Assembly (NCBI GenBank): GCA_049515395.1
Contig: JBEKUD010000006.1
Coordinates: forward strand, 11,708-75,707
Direction: 5' to 3'
Source: Candidatus Sulfotelmatobacter sp.
GTDB taxonomy: Bacteria; Acidobacteriota; Terriglobia; Terriglobales; Acidobacteriaceae
Length of the DNA: 64,000 nucleotides
This document shows positions 32,268 to 42,022 of this stretch, piece by piece. A model generated the notes under the pieces. That model searched no databases. It saw only the letters and a program-made list of their open reading frames with translations, and was not told the DNA's origin. Each line of letters starts with the position of its first letter. The first letter of the stretch is position 1. Both the position numbers and the translations under genes were made by a program.

Positions 32268-33152
32268 CTACCTACTGACGACGTCATCCAGAGCTGCTGC
32301 GACGCCGCAACGGTCGTTGGCCAGAGTTATGCTCCAGCCGCGGGAGCGGAGTTCCTCGCAGGCATTCCCCATAATAACCGGATGGCCGGCGAACTCAAGC
32401 ATTTCCACGTCGTTGTGGTTGTCACCGATGGCCATGACCTCCTCGCGGTGGTAGCCGCGGTGGGCGGCCCAGCGGGCCAGAGCGTGGCCTTTGGAGCAGC
32501 CGGCATTCAGAATGTCGATCATGGAAAGATCACGCTCGGGATATTCGGTGCGGAGGATGGTGATGCGGTTGTCCAGGCCCGTGGCTTGCAGAGCCTTGAG
32601 TGCTTCGGCCATGCGCGCCATCGAGCCGCAGAGCATGGCCTGGACGGGGTCGGTGACGAGGGAGTTCTCGATGGGAATGATGAAGTCGATGTACTGCATA
32701 TTCTTTTCCAGCCAGCGGCGGATGCTGTCGTTGAGGGCGTCGAGATGCTCGAGGACGATGGCGCCTCTGGTTTCGTTGTCAAAGGTGAGAACGGTGTGGC
32801 CGCGGAAAGCTTGCATGGAGGTGCAGATTTGGCGACAGGTCTCGCGCGGCATGAGGTCACGGTGGAAGGTTTCGCCAGAAAGAGAGCGGGTGACGGCACC
32901 GTTGGAGCTGATGAGCCAGAGGTCGAAGCCGAGTCGCTGCGCGATGGGAAGAGCGAAGGTGTGACGGCGTCCGGTGACTAGAACGATTTCAATGCCAACG
33001 GCGTGGGCTCGGCGCAGGGCGTTGAGGTCATCGGGTGCGATCTGAAATTGGGGATTGAGGAGCGTGCCATCGATGTCGGAGGCGATCAGGCGAATCTGGC
33101 CCGGATTCGGGCTCTTGGGCTCGAGCTTCAGGGTCTGGATTCTTTGGTGCAT
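32268..33152 (-). CDS. HAD-superfamily hydrolase, Cof-type (IIB)
   Basis: IASDIDGTLL motif I, VTGR, and C-terminal GDNHNDVEML motif. Confidence 0.88.
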   Translation of the reverse strand: MHQRIQTLKLEPKSPNPGQIRLIASDIDGTLLNPQFQIAPDDLNALRRAHAVGIEIVLVTGRRHTFALPIAQRLGFDLWLISSNGAVTRSLSGETFHRDLMPRETCRQICTSMQAFRGHTVLTFDNETRGAIVLEHLDALNDSIRRWLEKNMQYIDFIIPIENSLVTDPVQAMLCGSMARMAEALKALQATGLDNRITILRTEYPERDLSMIDILNAGCSKGHALARWAAHRGYHREEVMAIGDNHNDVEMLEFAGHPVIMGNACEELRSRGWSITLANDRCGVAAALDDVVSR

Positions 33153-33273
33153 TTCTTTATTGTTACATACCGCTTTTCTGCGGCAGTTATGGATCGAGAA
33201 TCTTTAACACGGGGGCACAGAGGTCACCGGAGTAGAGCTCACGGGTTTGTCGGCGTGTTATATTTCGCAACGC

Positions 33274-34011
33274 ATGGGACTTCTTTTCTTTTTCTTTCAT
33301 TGGTGGGGATTTTTGCTGCAGGCGGTAGCGATTGTGCATTTTATTCGCCGGCGTCCGGATACTTATTGGATTTTCATTATTCTTTTCCTGGGATGGATTG
33401 GGGCGGCGGTTTACATTGTGGTGGAAGTGATTCCGGATGCAGGTCTGCTGCACGGCTCATTTCAGGTGTTTCCGCGGCGACGAAGAATTCGCGAGTTGGA
33501 GCGGGCGATTCTGGATAATCCTTCGGCGGGGAATTATGAGGAGCTCGGGTTGCTATATCTCGATGATGGAGATTTTGCCAAGGCGCGGGGATGTTATGAC
33601 CGGTCGATTTCGCAGCGGTCCGATTCGGTAGATCCATTTTACCGGCGAGGAGTGGCGGAGGTGGAGTTGGGGGACTTCGCGGCGGCGGTTCCGGATTTGG
33701 AGCGCGCCGTGGAGGCCGATCCCGCTTACGATTTTCATCGCGGGATAGGACTGCTGGCGCATGCTTACGCGCAGACGGGGAAGACGGAAAAAGCCGGGAA
33801 GCTCTTTGAGCAAGCCACGAAAATTTCTACGAGTTCGGAAACTTACTACAACTACGCGACGTTCCTGCAGGCGCAAGGGCGGGTGGATGAGGCGAGGCAG
33901 TGGGTGCAGAAAATCATCGATAAGCGGGCGACGATGCCAGGGTACCAGAGGCGGCGGGAGCGGGCGTGGTTTCGGCGGGCCTATGCGATGATGGCGCGGT
34001 TGCGGCTTTAG
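33274..34011 (+). CDS. Membrane protein with N-terminal PLD-N-like two-helix segment and TPR repeats
   Basis: N-terminus: MGLLFFFFHWWGFLLQAVAIVHFIRRRPDTYWIFIILFLGWIGAAVYIV. TPR-like helices follow (GDFAKARGCYDRSI, GDFAAAVPDLERAVEADP, GKTEKAGKLFEQA). The start is uncertain; a TTG at 33247 is also possible. Confidence 0.7.
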   Translation: MGLLFFFFHWWGFLLQAVAIVHFIRRRPDTYWIFIILFLGWIGAAVYIVVEVIPDAGLLHGSFQVFPRRRRIRELERAILDNPSAGNYEELGLLYLDDGDFAKARGCYDRSISQRSDSVDPFYRRGVAEVELGDFAAAVPDLERAVEADPAYDFHRGIGLLAHAYAQTGKTEKAGKLFEQATKISTSSETYYNYATFLQAQGRVDEARQWVQKIIDKRATMPGYQRRRERAWFRRAYAMMARLRL

Positions 34012-34133
34012 GGCTGAAGCTCTGATCATTTTGAACGCCTTACGCGGCTGCATCGCCGCTCTTCCAGAGATAGCATTTTCATGCACGTCAGCACGGCTGA
34101 AAAGTCGTGTGTCCTTCCCGAACTTTGCAACCA

Positions 34134-36677
34134 TCAATAACGGTCGCTGGTGTCGATGTTGAAGCCGAGGATGGCGTTGAGGGCGACGGGCTGGGCGCCG
34201 CGGGTGGCAGGACGGAATTTCCAACTGGGAAGGGTGGCCATGATTTTTGCGGTCATGGCGACGGGGCCGGGTTCGAGCACTTGCAGATTTCTCAGGTTAC
34301 CCGAGGCGTCGAGTTTGCATTTGATCACGACGCGGGCGTGAGGAAGTCCGGTGGGTAGATCGGTGCGAAGACCTTGCGGGCCGATGAGAGCGCCTGCGTG
34401 GGTGTTGGGATCGGTCTCCGCGAATTGCATGACGACGGTGCCGACAGAAGTGTCGACGTAGACGGTGTAGTTGTCCCCGGGAAGCTTGCCGTAGAAATCG
34501 AAGGCGCCCCCGGAGCGCGAGGTGGCCACGATGGTGATGGCCGGTCCCGTGTCGCTCTTTACGGACGAGCGGCCGGGCAGGCTGGGAGCGTCGCTGTTTC
34601 CCGAGTCGAAGCTCGGAAGTGTGACGATGGTGCTGCCGCCGCGAACGTCGACCCCGGGAGCAGTTGGAGTGCCGGCAGGAAGGGTGCCCGCGCCGCCGGC
34701 CCCGGGGGTAGGAGAGATTCCTCCGCGAGCGTTGGGGTCCGAGCCCCGACCTGTAGCGGATCTTCCTGCGCCCGTAGCTTCTCCCGCCAAGCCGCTGCCC
34801 GCCCCGTTTCCATTGCCTATGCCCGAGCCTCCGCCCGTGCCTCCAAGGCCGGGTTTGTCGCCACCCGATGGAGACATGGCAAGCGATCCTTTTCCGCCGG
34901 TGCCGGGCATCCCGGGTTTGGCGCCGGGATCGGCGGACAAAACCACACCGGAGTCGTCGGAGTTCCCCCCTGTGCCCTTGGGGGGAGCGAGCGCTGAACC
35001 GATGTCTCCAGGGCCTCCCATGCCACTCCCTGTTCTGCCCGAGCCGGAAAGGCCGGAGCCTGATCCAGTTGAGGGCGGGGGCGGAATCACGTTATTGGCG
35101 AGCAGACCTCCGTTGCCAGAGCCGCCGGAATTTGGAGAACCCGAACCGGAGCTTTGTCCAGCTCCGTTGACCGATGGAGGCGGCGGGATGACGTTCGAAG
35201 CGCCGAGTAACGAGCGTCGAGATTGTCCTGATGAAGAGCCGCTGCCAGCGCCACCGCCAAGCATCGGAGGCGGCGCGACTACGTTCGGTGAGCCCTGGGA
35301 TCGTGCGGAAGAAGGTTCACCAGATCCTGAGGCGGAACCACCTACCGAGGGCGGAGGTGGAATGACGTTGGCGACGAGAGAGTTGCCGGATCCGCCTGCG
35401 GAAGTTTGTGATGTGCCTGCGGTGCTAGCGGATGAGACAGACGGAGGAGGCGGTACGACATCCTGCGTGCCGAAGAGTTTGCCAATGATGGTGCTGACGA
35501 AAGATCCGTTGGCCGCCTGTGTAGGGGGTGGAGGAATTACGTTGGGCGCGGAGGAGCGAACGCCGCCGCTTTCGAGCCGGCGAAAGTCACGGGGAGAATC
35601 GGCGGAGGGCGGCGGCGCGACGACCGAAGGCACGGGCATATTGAGTTTTGCAATGCGCGAGGATTCGCGTTCGGGAGCGGAGACGGGCGGAGGCACGACG
35701 GCAATATTATCCATCTGCACGCGCGATGGAGAAACTTCCCGGGTTACGGAAGAAGGTGCGGGCGCGATCACGGTCCCGTGGAGAGCAGGAGCAGAGCGAA
35801 CCTGATCGCGGGATATGCGCGAGGACGCAGGCGCGATCACGGTGGAGCTCAAAGATGGCGCGGAGCGAGTGCGGTCGCTCAAGATATTTGGGGCAGGGGC
35901 GATGATACCGGCATCGAGCTTTGGAGCGTAAAGCGTGTGTTCGGAAAGCACGCTGGGCGCAGGGGCGACGATAGCTGCCGTCAGCACAGGGGCGGTGCGG
36001 GAGCGGTCCGGGGAAATACTGGGCGCGGGGGGCACGATAGAACTGAGAGTGAGGCCGCCGCGGGATTGATCGCGGGCAACGTTGAGCTGTGCCGGAGCAA
36101 TCACGTTGGCGGGAAGACTGGGTGCGGTAAGAGACGAACGCAGCCCTTCAGAGGGAGGCGGTCCGGGAATAGATTTGAAAGCGAGCAGGTTGGCGACGGA
36201 TTCGGTGGACGCGGGGAGTTTGAGATTCGGAGCGTCAACCACTTTTTCGGCGAGCGAAGAGCCGCGATCCACCTTAATGGTCTGACTGCGATCACGCGCT
36301 TCGTCGCCGCCGGCGCGCCCGCTGGCGCCGGATTGGGCTCCGCCTAAATCTTCGGTGCGCGGGAGTTCGTCGGCGGAGTAGTAAATGACTTCAACGGGCT
36401 GCAGGCGGGGAGCGGCATAGGGACGGAGGCGGTTGATCTCGCGCGGAAGCTCCATCATGATGAGAAGCAGTAACGCCTGGAGCAAAAATGAGGGGACCAG
36501 GCCGCGATTGGGAAATATGCCGTGGGGAGCTTCTCCGGCCAGGCGCGGACCGGATCGGGCGAGGGCGGGACGGATGGAAGTGGTGAACTCCTGCCAACGC
36601 GGTGACCACTCTACGAGGAGCTTGGGGGCATCGTGGAGCTGGGACCGTTGTTCGAGTTGGAGAGTTTGAGTTACCAT
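34134..36677 (-). CDS. Single-pass membrane protein with ~600-aa Pro/Gly/Ser-rich repetitive spacer and C-terminal TonB_C-like domain
   Basis: The N-terminus LLVEWSPRWQEFTT... followed by the TM helix SFLLQALLLLIMMEL is typical of acidobacterial TonB-family proteins. The spacer carries about 15 V(I/V)(A/P)P(A/P)P(S) repeats. The C-terminus KCKLDASGNLRNLQVLEPG...LPSWKFRPATRGAQPV is TonB_C-like. Confidence 0.7.
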   Translation of the reverse strand: MVTQTLQLEQRSQLHDAPKLLVEWSPRWQEFTTSIRPALARSGPRLAGEAPHGIFPNRGLVPSFLLQALLLLIMMELPREINRLRPYAAPRLQPVEVIYYSADELPRTEDLGGAQSGASGRAGGDEARDRSQTIKVDRGSSLAEKVVDAPNLKLPASTESVANLLAFKSIPGPPPSEGLRSSLTAPSLPANVIAPAQLNVARDQSRGGLTLSSIVPPAPSISPDRSRTAPVLTAAIVAPAPSVLSEHTLYAPKLDAGIIAPAPNILSDRTRSAPSLSSTVIAPASSRISRDQVRSAPALHGTVIAPAPSSVTREVSPSRVQMDNIAVVPPPVSAPERESSRIAKLNMPVPSVVAPPPSADSPRDFRRLESGGVRSSAPNVIPPPPTQAANGSFVSTIIGKLFGTQDVVPPPPSVSSASTAGTSQTSAGGSGNSLVANVIPPPPSVGGSASGSGEPSSARSQGSPNVVAPPPMLGGGAGSGSSSGQSRRSLLGASNVIPPPPSVNGAGQSSGSGSPNSGGSGNGGLLANNVIPPPPSTGSGSGLSGSGRTGSGMGGPGDIGSALAPPKGTGGNSDDSGVVLSADPGAKPGMPGTGGKGSLAMSPSGGDKPGLGGTGGGSGIGNGNGAGSGLAGEATGAGRSATGRGSDPNARGGISPTPGAGGAGTLPAGTPTAPGVDVRGGSTIVTLPSFDSGNSDAPSLPGRSSVKSDTGPAITIVATSRSGGAFDFYGKLPGDNYTVYVDTSVGTVVMQFAETDPNTHAGALIGPQGLRTDLPTGLPHARVVIKCKLDASGNLRNLQVLEPGPVAMTAKIMATLPSWKFRPATRGAQPVALNAILGFNIDTSDRY
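35057..36107 (-). repeat. In-frame degenerate tandem repeats (NVIPPPPS / VIAPAPS every ~20-25 aa) merging into Gly/Ser-rich low complexity
   Basis: Examples: ANVIAPAQ, SIVPPAPS, AIVAPAPS, GIIAPAPN, TVIAPASS, TVIAPAPS, AVVPPPVS, SVVAPPPS, four copies of NVIPPPP(S/T), NVVAPPP. Confidence 0.75.
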
Positions 36678-36758
36678 GAAAAATAAACCCGTTCGTCCTA
36701 TAAATTGTTCCCTCGGGGCTGAAGCTACCTGTTCTTGTATTTAATACCACTTTTGCAG

Positions 36759-37181
36759 CTACTCGCCAGTGAGCGTCGGAAGCCGTGCCTTTTCAAGGCT
36801 GGGCGCCCCCTTCATGTTGATTTTAATTCTATCGCCCAATGCGGTTTCTGTTTGGGCTAAGGTATGCACCGGCAATTCCAGGACCGAAACCGCCTGCAAG
36901 CGCACTGGCGCGAAGCGCCAGGGCCGGAGATTGCGCTCGAGGTGCACGACGGTGCCGTCGCGGTCAAGATAGACGACATCGATGGGGAAACGCATAGCAA
37001 GAGTATGAACTCCGCGGCAGGGCCGAATCCAGAGGCCTCGTCCATTACGAAAGTCATCTGCGGACGCGCCTAGCAGTCCCCGCAATCGGGACCAGTGCGT
37101 CTCGGCCACGGCCAGTTCCGTGGCGAGAAAGCGTTGGCGGGTTTGGTTGAACGCCTGAGCGCGCGAGTCAGATTGCGACAT
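36759..37181 (-). CDS. DUF192 (COG1430) domain protein
   Basis: 140 aa: RLRGLLG...GLWIRPCRGVHTLAMRFPIDVVYLDRDGTVV...VSVLELP. Confidence 0.75.
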   Translation of the reverse strand: MSQSDSRAQAFNQTRQRFLATELAVAETHWSRLRGLLGASADDFRNGRGLWIRPCRGVHTLAMRFPIDVVYLDRDGTVVHLERNLRPWRFAPVRLQAVSVLELPVHTLAQTETALGDRIKINMKGAPSLEKARLPTLTGE

Positions 37182-37388
37182 GATGCTCTGCTTAGCTTCC
37201 AGTAGTGGTGGAGTTCAATCGGGAGGCGAGCGAAACGCGCGATAGATCGCTCCGACTACACGAAGCTTTGCGCCGGTCGCCCAGATCCATCGCCGCGTCA
37301 GGAACGCTTGCCGAGGTAACAACCGAACTGCGCCAACTTACTTTGTTCAACTCCACTACTCGCTTTTCTCTTCCTGCCGAATATGAGG

Positions 37389-38294
37389 CTATTTTGTGAC
37401 GAGGGAGCGATAGGCCTGAATGAGCGCTGGACCAATGGTAACGAAGAGGAACGGAAGCAAAATGAAAATCACGAGGGGAGGGACCATCTTGATAGTGGTT
37501 TTGGCAGCCTGCTCTTCGGCGCGCTGACGGCGGGAGGTTCGCAAAGAATCGGAATGAACGCGCAAGGCTTGGGCGATGGAAGTGCCGAAGCGGTCGGTCT
37601 GAATCAGTGTTCCGACGAGCGAACGCAGGTCATCGACGCCGGTGCGATCGACAAGATTGCGCAGAGCCTCGGCGCGAGGCTTGCCGGCCCGCATTTCAAG
37701 AGTGACCAGGTGAAACTCGTCGCTGAGTTCTGGGTGGGCGTGATGCAAATCCTTGCCAACGCGCATGACCGCCTGGTCGAGGGCGAGTCCGGCCTCCACG
37801 CAGATGACGGTGAGGTCGAGAGCGTCGGGGAGCGCGATGCGGATGCGACGCTGACGTTCTTTGATCATTCGCTTGAGGATGAAGCGAGGGATGAAGAAGC
37901 CGAAAGCGGGCACGCAGACCAGCAAGGCCACGCTATCGAGGCCGGAGAAAGCGATCACGCCGGCAAGACCAAGAAAGGCCAGAAAGATGCGAGATCCGAA
38001 GTAGTAGCTGACATGACGGGGATCGCGTCGTCCGGCTTGGATGAGCCATTTGCGAGTGCGGGAGACATCGGAGGGAGAGAGCGGAATGGCTTTGCTGAGA
38101 GGATCGAGGGCTTGCTCGATGCGATCGCGTACTTTGATTTGAGGCTTTTCCTGAGCGACGGTAGGCTGACCGCCGAGGGCACGCAAACGGGCTCCCAAGA
38201 CGGAAGTGGGCGTCACGGCGGCGGCGCCGAAGGCGAACACCACCAGAACAACGGTAACGAAGACGATGATGGTCAAGATTAACGGCATGGTCAT
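37389..38294 (-). CDS. tadC: Tad pilus inner-membrane platform protein TadC (T2SS F family)
   Basis: LPDALDLTVICVEAGLALDQA...TDRFGTSIAQALR. ATGA overlap with tadB. Confidence 0.9.
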   Translation of the reverse strand: MTMPLILTIIVFVTVVLVVFAFGAAAVTPTSVLGARLRALGGQPTVAQEKPQIKVRDRIEQALDPLSKAIPLSPSDVSRTRKWLIQAGRRDPRHVSYYFGSRIFLAFLGLAGVIAFSGLDSVALLVCVPAFGFFIPRFILKRMIKERQRRIRIALPDALDLTVICVEAGLALDQAVMRVGKDLHHAHPELSDEFHLVTLEMRAGKPRAEALRNLVDRTGVDDLRSLVGTLIQTDRFGTSIAQALRVHSDSLRTSRRQRAEEQAAKTTIKMVPPLVIFILLPFLFVTIGPALIQAYRSLVTK

Positions 38295-39259
38295 ACCTGA
38301 ATCTTAATAATCCTGCGGATCACAAAATAACCCGTTGTCTGTAAAGCCAGACTGATTACCAGCAGAGCGTGGCCAATGGGATCATAGAAAAGCGGATGGA
38401 CGAATTCCGGACTGTAAACCAGAAGAATGGCGACCACGGTGGGAGGCATGCCCATCAGCAAAGCCATGGTGATGCGGCCCTGCGCGGTGTGGACCCGCAC
38501 TTGGCGCTGAATCTTGAAGCGCTCGCGGATTACGTAGGACAAATTGTCAAGAATCTCGGCGAGGTTGCCGCCGGTTTCACGCTGCAGCATGACGGCGGTG
38601 ACGAAGAACTTGACGTCGACCAGGGGCATACGCTCGGTTAGATTGAGGAGGGCATCGCGCACGGGCATGCCGTATTTTTGCTCTTCAAAGAGTTGGCGGA
38701 ATTCGCTGGCCAGCGGCTCGGCGACCTCAGTGGAAATCATTTCCAGAGCGGTAGTGAAGGCGTGACCAGCGCGGACGGCACGGGCCAGGGTGTCAATGGC
38801 TTCGGGAAAGAGTTCTTCAAATTTTTCGAAGCGTTTCTGGCGACGGTAGGATACGACGGAATAGGGAAGAAAGGTGCCGATGACGAGTGCAGCCCATCCA
38901 ATGGCGGGATTCTTGGTAAAAAGCACGGTCACCAGACCGGCGACCACGCCGGACAGAATGCAAAGCAGAAGAAAGTTGCCGGCACGGAATTTCATGCCCG
39001 CCTGCAGTAGAGCATCCTGCATGGCGGAGACGCGCGCGGAGCGGCGGAGGAGAGTGTCGAAAGCGGGAATCTTGCTGAGTTGTTCGTCCCGGACAAGGGC
39101 CAGTTCCTCGCTGGGTTCGCGCTCCGGGGCTTTCTGCGCAGTGGCGAGGCGGTCTCGAATGAGGCGAGCACGGGCACTGCGCTGGTCGATGAGCGAGCCG
39201 GCGACAAAAGCGGCGAGGGCAACTACGATAAAGACGACTAATGCAATTACAGCGGGCAT
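38291..39259 (-). CDS. tadB: Tad pilus inner-membrane platform protein TadB (T2SS F family)
   Basis: FPEAIDTLARAVRAGHAFTTALE...QRETGGNLAEILDNLS. Confidence 0.9.
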   Translation of the reverse strand: MPAVIALVVFIVVALAAFVAGSLIDQRSARARLIRDRLATAQKAPEREPSEELALVRDEQLSKIPAFDTLLRRSARVSAMQDALLQAGMKFRAGNFLLLCILSGVVAGLVTVLFTKNPAIGWAALVIGTFLPYSVVSYRRQKRFEKFEELFPEAIDTLARAVRAGHAFTTALEMISTEVAEPLASEFRQLFEEQKYGMPVRDALLNLTERMPLVDVKFFVTAVMLQRETGGNLAEILDNLSYVIRERFKIQRQVRVHTAQGRITMALLMGMPPTVVAILLVYSPEFVHPLFYDPIGHALLVISLALQTTGYFVIRRIIKIQV

Positions 39260-39350
39260 GGTGTGTCTTCTAGAACTCCTCGGTAAACTGCGGCAACCTC
39301 ACCTTTCGATATAGTCACACGTTGCACGAAAATAGCCCTTCACTCGATCT

Positions 39351-40646
39351 TCAAATCTCGGTTCTCGATTCGAATAAAGCGGGACGGATTCGCGCCCCGG
39401 CGGTGGTCAGGCGGTCGGCGAACTGAGGACGAATTCCGGTAGCGTGGAATGATCCCCGCACTTTTCCCGATTCATCGACGGTGCGGCGCTCGAACACAAA
39501 AATATCCTGCATGACGATGGATTCGTTTTCCATTCCCGTTACCTCGGCAATGGACACAACCTTGCGCGTGCCGTCGGACAGGCGGGCGACTTGTACGACG
39601 GCGTGAATAGCAGAGGCGATCTGGTAGCGCACGGCGCGTTCGGGAATATTTAGATTGGCCATCGAAACCATGTTCTCGATGCGGGCCAAGGCGTCGCGGC
39701 CGGAGTTGGCATGGACGGTCGTGAGGGAACCTTCGTGGCCGGTGTTCATGGCCTGCAACATGTCGAAGGCTTCTTCTCCGCGGACCTCGCCAACGATGAT
39801 GCGGTCGGGGCGCATACGCAAGCTGTTGATGACTAACTGGCGCTGGCGGACCGCCCCTTTGCCTTCAATATTGGGAGCCCGGGTCTCGAGCCGGACGATG
39901 TGTTCCTGTTTGAGCTGAAGTTCGGCTGCGTCTTCGATGGTAACGATGCGCTCGACGTTAGGAATGTAACCGGAGAGGACATTCAGAAGAGTAGTTTTTC
40001 CCGCGCCGGTACCGCCGGAGATCAGAAGATTCAGACGACCCTTGACCATGATTGAAAGCAACTCCAGCATGGCTTCCGTGAGGCTGTGATTCTCGATCAT
40101 GTTGCGGGCAGTGACCGCCTCGCGTCCAAAACGGCGGATCGAGAGGCAGGCGCCATCCAGCGCGAGCGGGGGAATGATGGCGTTCACGCGGGAACCATCG
40201 GGAAGTCGGGCATCCACCATGGGTGAAGACTCATCCACTCGGCGGCCGACTCGGGAAACGATGCGCTCAATGATCTGCATGAGGTGCTGGTTGTCTTTGA
40301 AGGATAAGCCGGTGAGTTCGAGTTTGCCGGCGCGTTCGATGTAAACCCGGTCGAAGCGGTTGACGAGAATGTCGGAGATGGTGTGGTCCTTGAGCAAAGG
40401 CTCGAGCGGACCGAGACCGAAGATTTCGTCGAGGATTTCGCGCGAGAGGCGTTCGCGCTCCGTAAAGCTGAGGGGAACGACCTCGCTGTTGACGGAGTTG
40501 CGGATCAGAACGAGAACTTCTTCGCGGGCGCTATCGCCGTTCGAGCGGCCCAGTTTCTCGAGATCGAGACGGTCGAGGATCTTGCGGTGCAGGTCGGACT
40601 TTACCCGCTGGTACTCGGTGTGCTCGAAGGTTTGCAGATTAGCCAT
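39351..40646 (-). CDS. cpaF: Tad pilus secretion ATPase CpaF/TadA
   Basis: Walker [10 protein letters not shown], Asp box, Walker [12 protein letters not shown], His box [13 protein letters not shown]. Confidence 0.95.
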   Translation of the reverse strand: MANLQTFEHTEYQRVKSDLHRKILDRLDLEKLGRSNGDSAREEVLVLIRNSVNSEVVPLSFTERERLSREILDEIFGLGPLEPLLKDHTISDILVNRFDRVYIERAGKLELTGLSFKDNQHLMQIIERIVSRVGRRVDESSPMVDARLPDGSRVNAIIPPLALDGACLSIRRFGREAVTARNMIENHSLTEAMLELLSIMVKGRLNLLISGGTGAGKTTLLNVLSGYIPNVERIVTIEDAAELQLKQEHIVRLETRAPNIEGKGAVRQRQLVINSLRMRPDRIIVGEVRGEEAFDMLQAMNTGHEGSLTTVHANSGRDALARIENMVSMANLNIPERAVRYQIASAIHAVVQVARLSDGTRKVVSIAEVTGMENESIVMQDIFVFERRTVDESGKVRGSFHATGIRPQFADRLTTAGARIRPALFESRTEI

Positions 40647-40669
40647 AAAACCTTATTCAGACTTGGAGG

Positions 40670-41842
40670 TCAAACGCTCTTAAACAAGGACCAGGCGGTA
40701 CGTTTCACGTCAACGTCATTGCTGGTCAATTCTTGGGCCAGCCCGGAAAAACAACGAGCGATTTCGGTGTGACTCTGCTCCATCACCGGCGAACCACGAT
40801 CGATGGCGGAGGAGATGGCAAAATATTGGTTCGGTACCCGCCACAACAATTTGACACCGGCAGCATTTTCGGCGTCGGACTCGGTGAAGCCGGGCACCTT
40901 GCGAAAGCGGTTCAGAACCAGACGCAAGCGCTCGCGATTTCCGGTTTCCCCTAAGTATTGTTGCACGCGGGCTGCACTCCATAAAGAGGCCACGTCGGTG
41001 CAGGCCACCAGAAGAACGAATTCCGACAAATTCGAGACCAGCCGGCTGGCAGCATCGAGACGGGAAGAATTGTCGACGACGACATAGCGGTAGTGGGCCA
41101 CCAACATATCGAAGAGCCGGACAAACTCGGCGGTGGTAGGTTCGATGGCGGCGGGGGCGCTGGTGCCAGCGAGGAGTTGCAGCCCCGCACTGTGACGCGT
41201 CATGAAACTTTCCAGCAGGGAGCTATCCATGCGGTGAAGATTGCGGGTAGCGTCGGAAATATTGAACAGAGGTTTGAGGTTGAGATGCAGAGCCGTGTGC
41301 CCGAGAGGAGCGAGGTCGATCAAGGCAGTGTTGCCGTGGGCGGATTGCAGGGCTAACGCCAGGTTGACGGCTACTGTAGTGGCTCCACTGCCGCCCTTGG
41401 CATTGACTACGGTGAATACCTTTCCGCGAGGACCCTCTTTATGAACGCGGCGCTGGGCGGTGGTGAGGCGAACGAAAGCTTCGAGCAAATCGGTAGTGGT
41501 GGTGGGGCGTTCGATGAACTCGCGGGCCCCAGCACGCATGGCGCTGACGATGTTTTGGGGCTGGTTAAGGCTGCCGATGGCGAAGACAGCAGAGTCGGGC
41601 ATCTCCTGGTGGAGGAGTTCGATGGCGCGCATGGCGGCGGATTGGTTATCGGCCGGAATGTCAATCAGCAGGACGTCCGGATTGGCCGCCTGAACGCGGC
41701 GCATGATGGGATCGGAGGCGGCCACAGGAAAAGTGGCGCAGGTGTGAACCGTGTTGGCCACGCTGGTGCCATCGACCAGCACCTGGAGCACGGTGCGCTG
41801 CTCACTGTCTGTGGCCACGATAACGACGGAAAGTTCCGGCAT
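40670..41842 (-). CDS. cpaE: CpaE/TadZ: receiver-like domain fused to a ParA/MinD-type ATPase
   Basis: REC-like N-terminus (VVIVATD...DVLLIDIP...REFIERP). Deviant Walker A: NAKGGSGATTVAVNLA. Confidence 0.88.
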   Translation of the reverse strand: MPELSVVIVATDSEQRTVLQVLVDGTSVANTVHTCATFPVAASDPIMRRVQAANPDVLLIDIPADNQSAAMRAIELLHQEMPDSAVFAIGSLNQPQNIVSAMRAGAREFIERPTTTTDLLEAFVRLTTAQRRVHKEGPRGKVFTVVNAKGGSGATTVAVNLALALQSAHGNTALIDLAPLGHTALHLNLKPLFNISDATRNLHRMDSSLLESFMTRHSAGLQLLAGTSAPAAIEPTTAEFVRLFDMLVAHYRYVVVDNSSRLDAASRLVSNLSEFVLLVACTDVASLWSAARVQQYLGETGNRERLRLVLNRFRKVPGFTESDAENAAGVKLLWRVPNQYFAISSAIDRGSPVMEQSHTEIARCFSGLAQELTSNDVDVKRTAWSLFKSV

Positions 41843-42022
41843 ACTTGATCCTGCGTGTAAATTCTTGCCGTCCCTTGCGGGACTCGGGTTATTTTTACTT
41901 TCTCCGCCCGGGAACTGTCGTGCCGGGCGTTCGGCTTCGCATGACGCCCCCTTTTTATCCCACGAATCAACAAAGGCACGTGCGAGGCACGATTCTCATT
42001 CCTGATTCCAACGTTGCGTCCG

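Noticed and set aside
34522-35805. 427-aa ORF on the plus strand, rich in P/G/E, the largest unexplained ORF in the track.
   Set aside because: It is antisense to the Pro/Gly/Ser-rich repeat of the 847-aa TonB_C gene. GGN/CCN-rich low-complexity DNA stays open on both strands. It has no TM helix, signal peptide or domain logic, whereas the minus-strand product has a coherent TM-spacer-TonB_C architecture.
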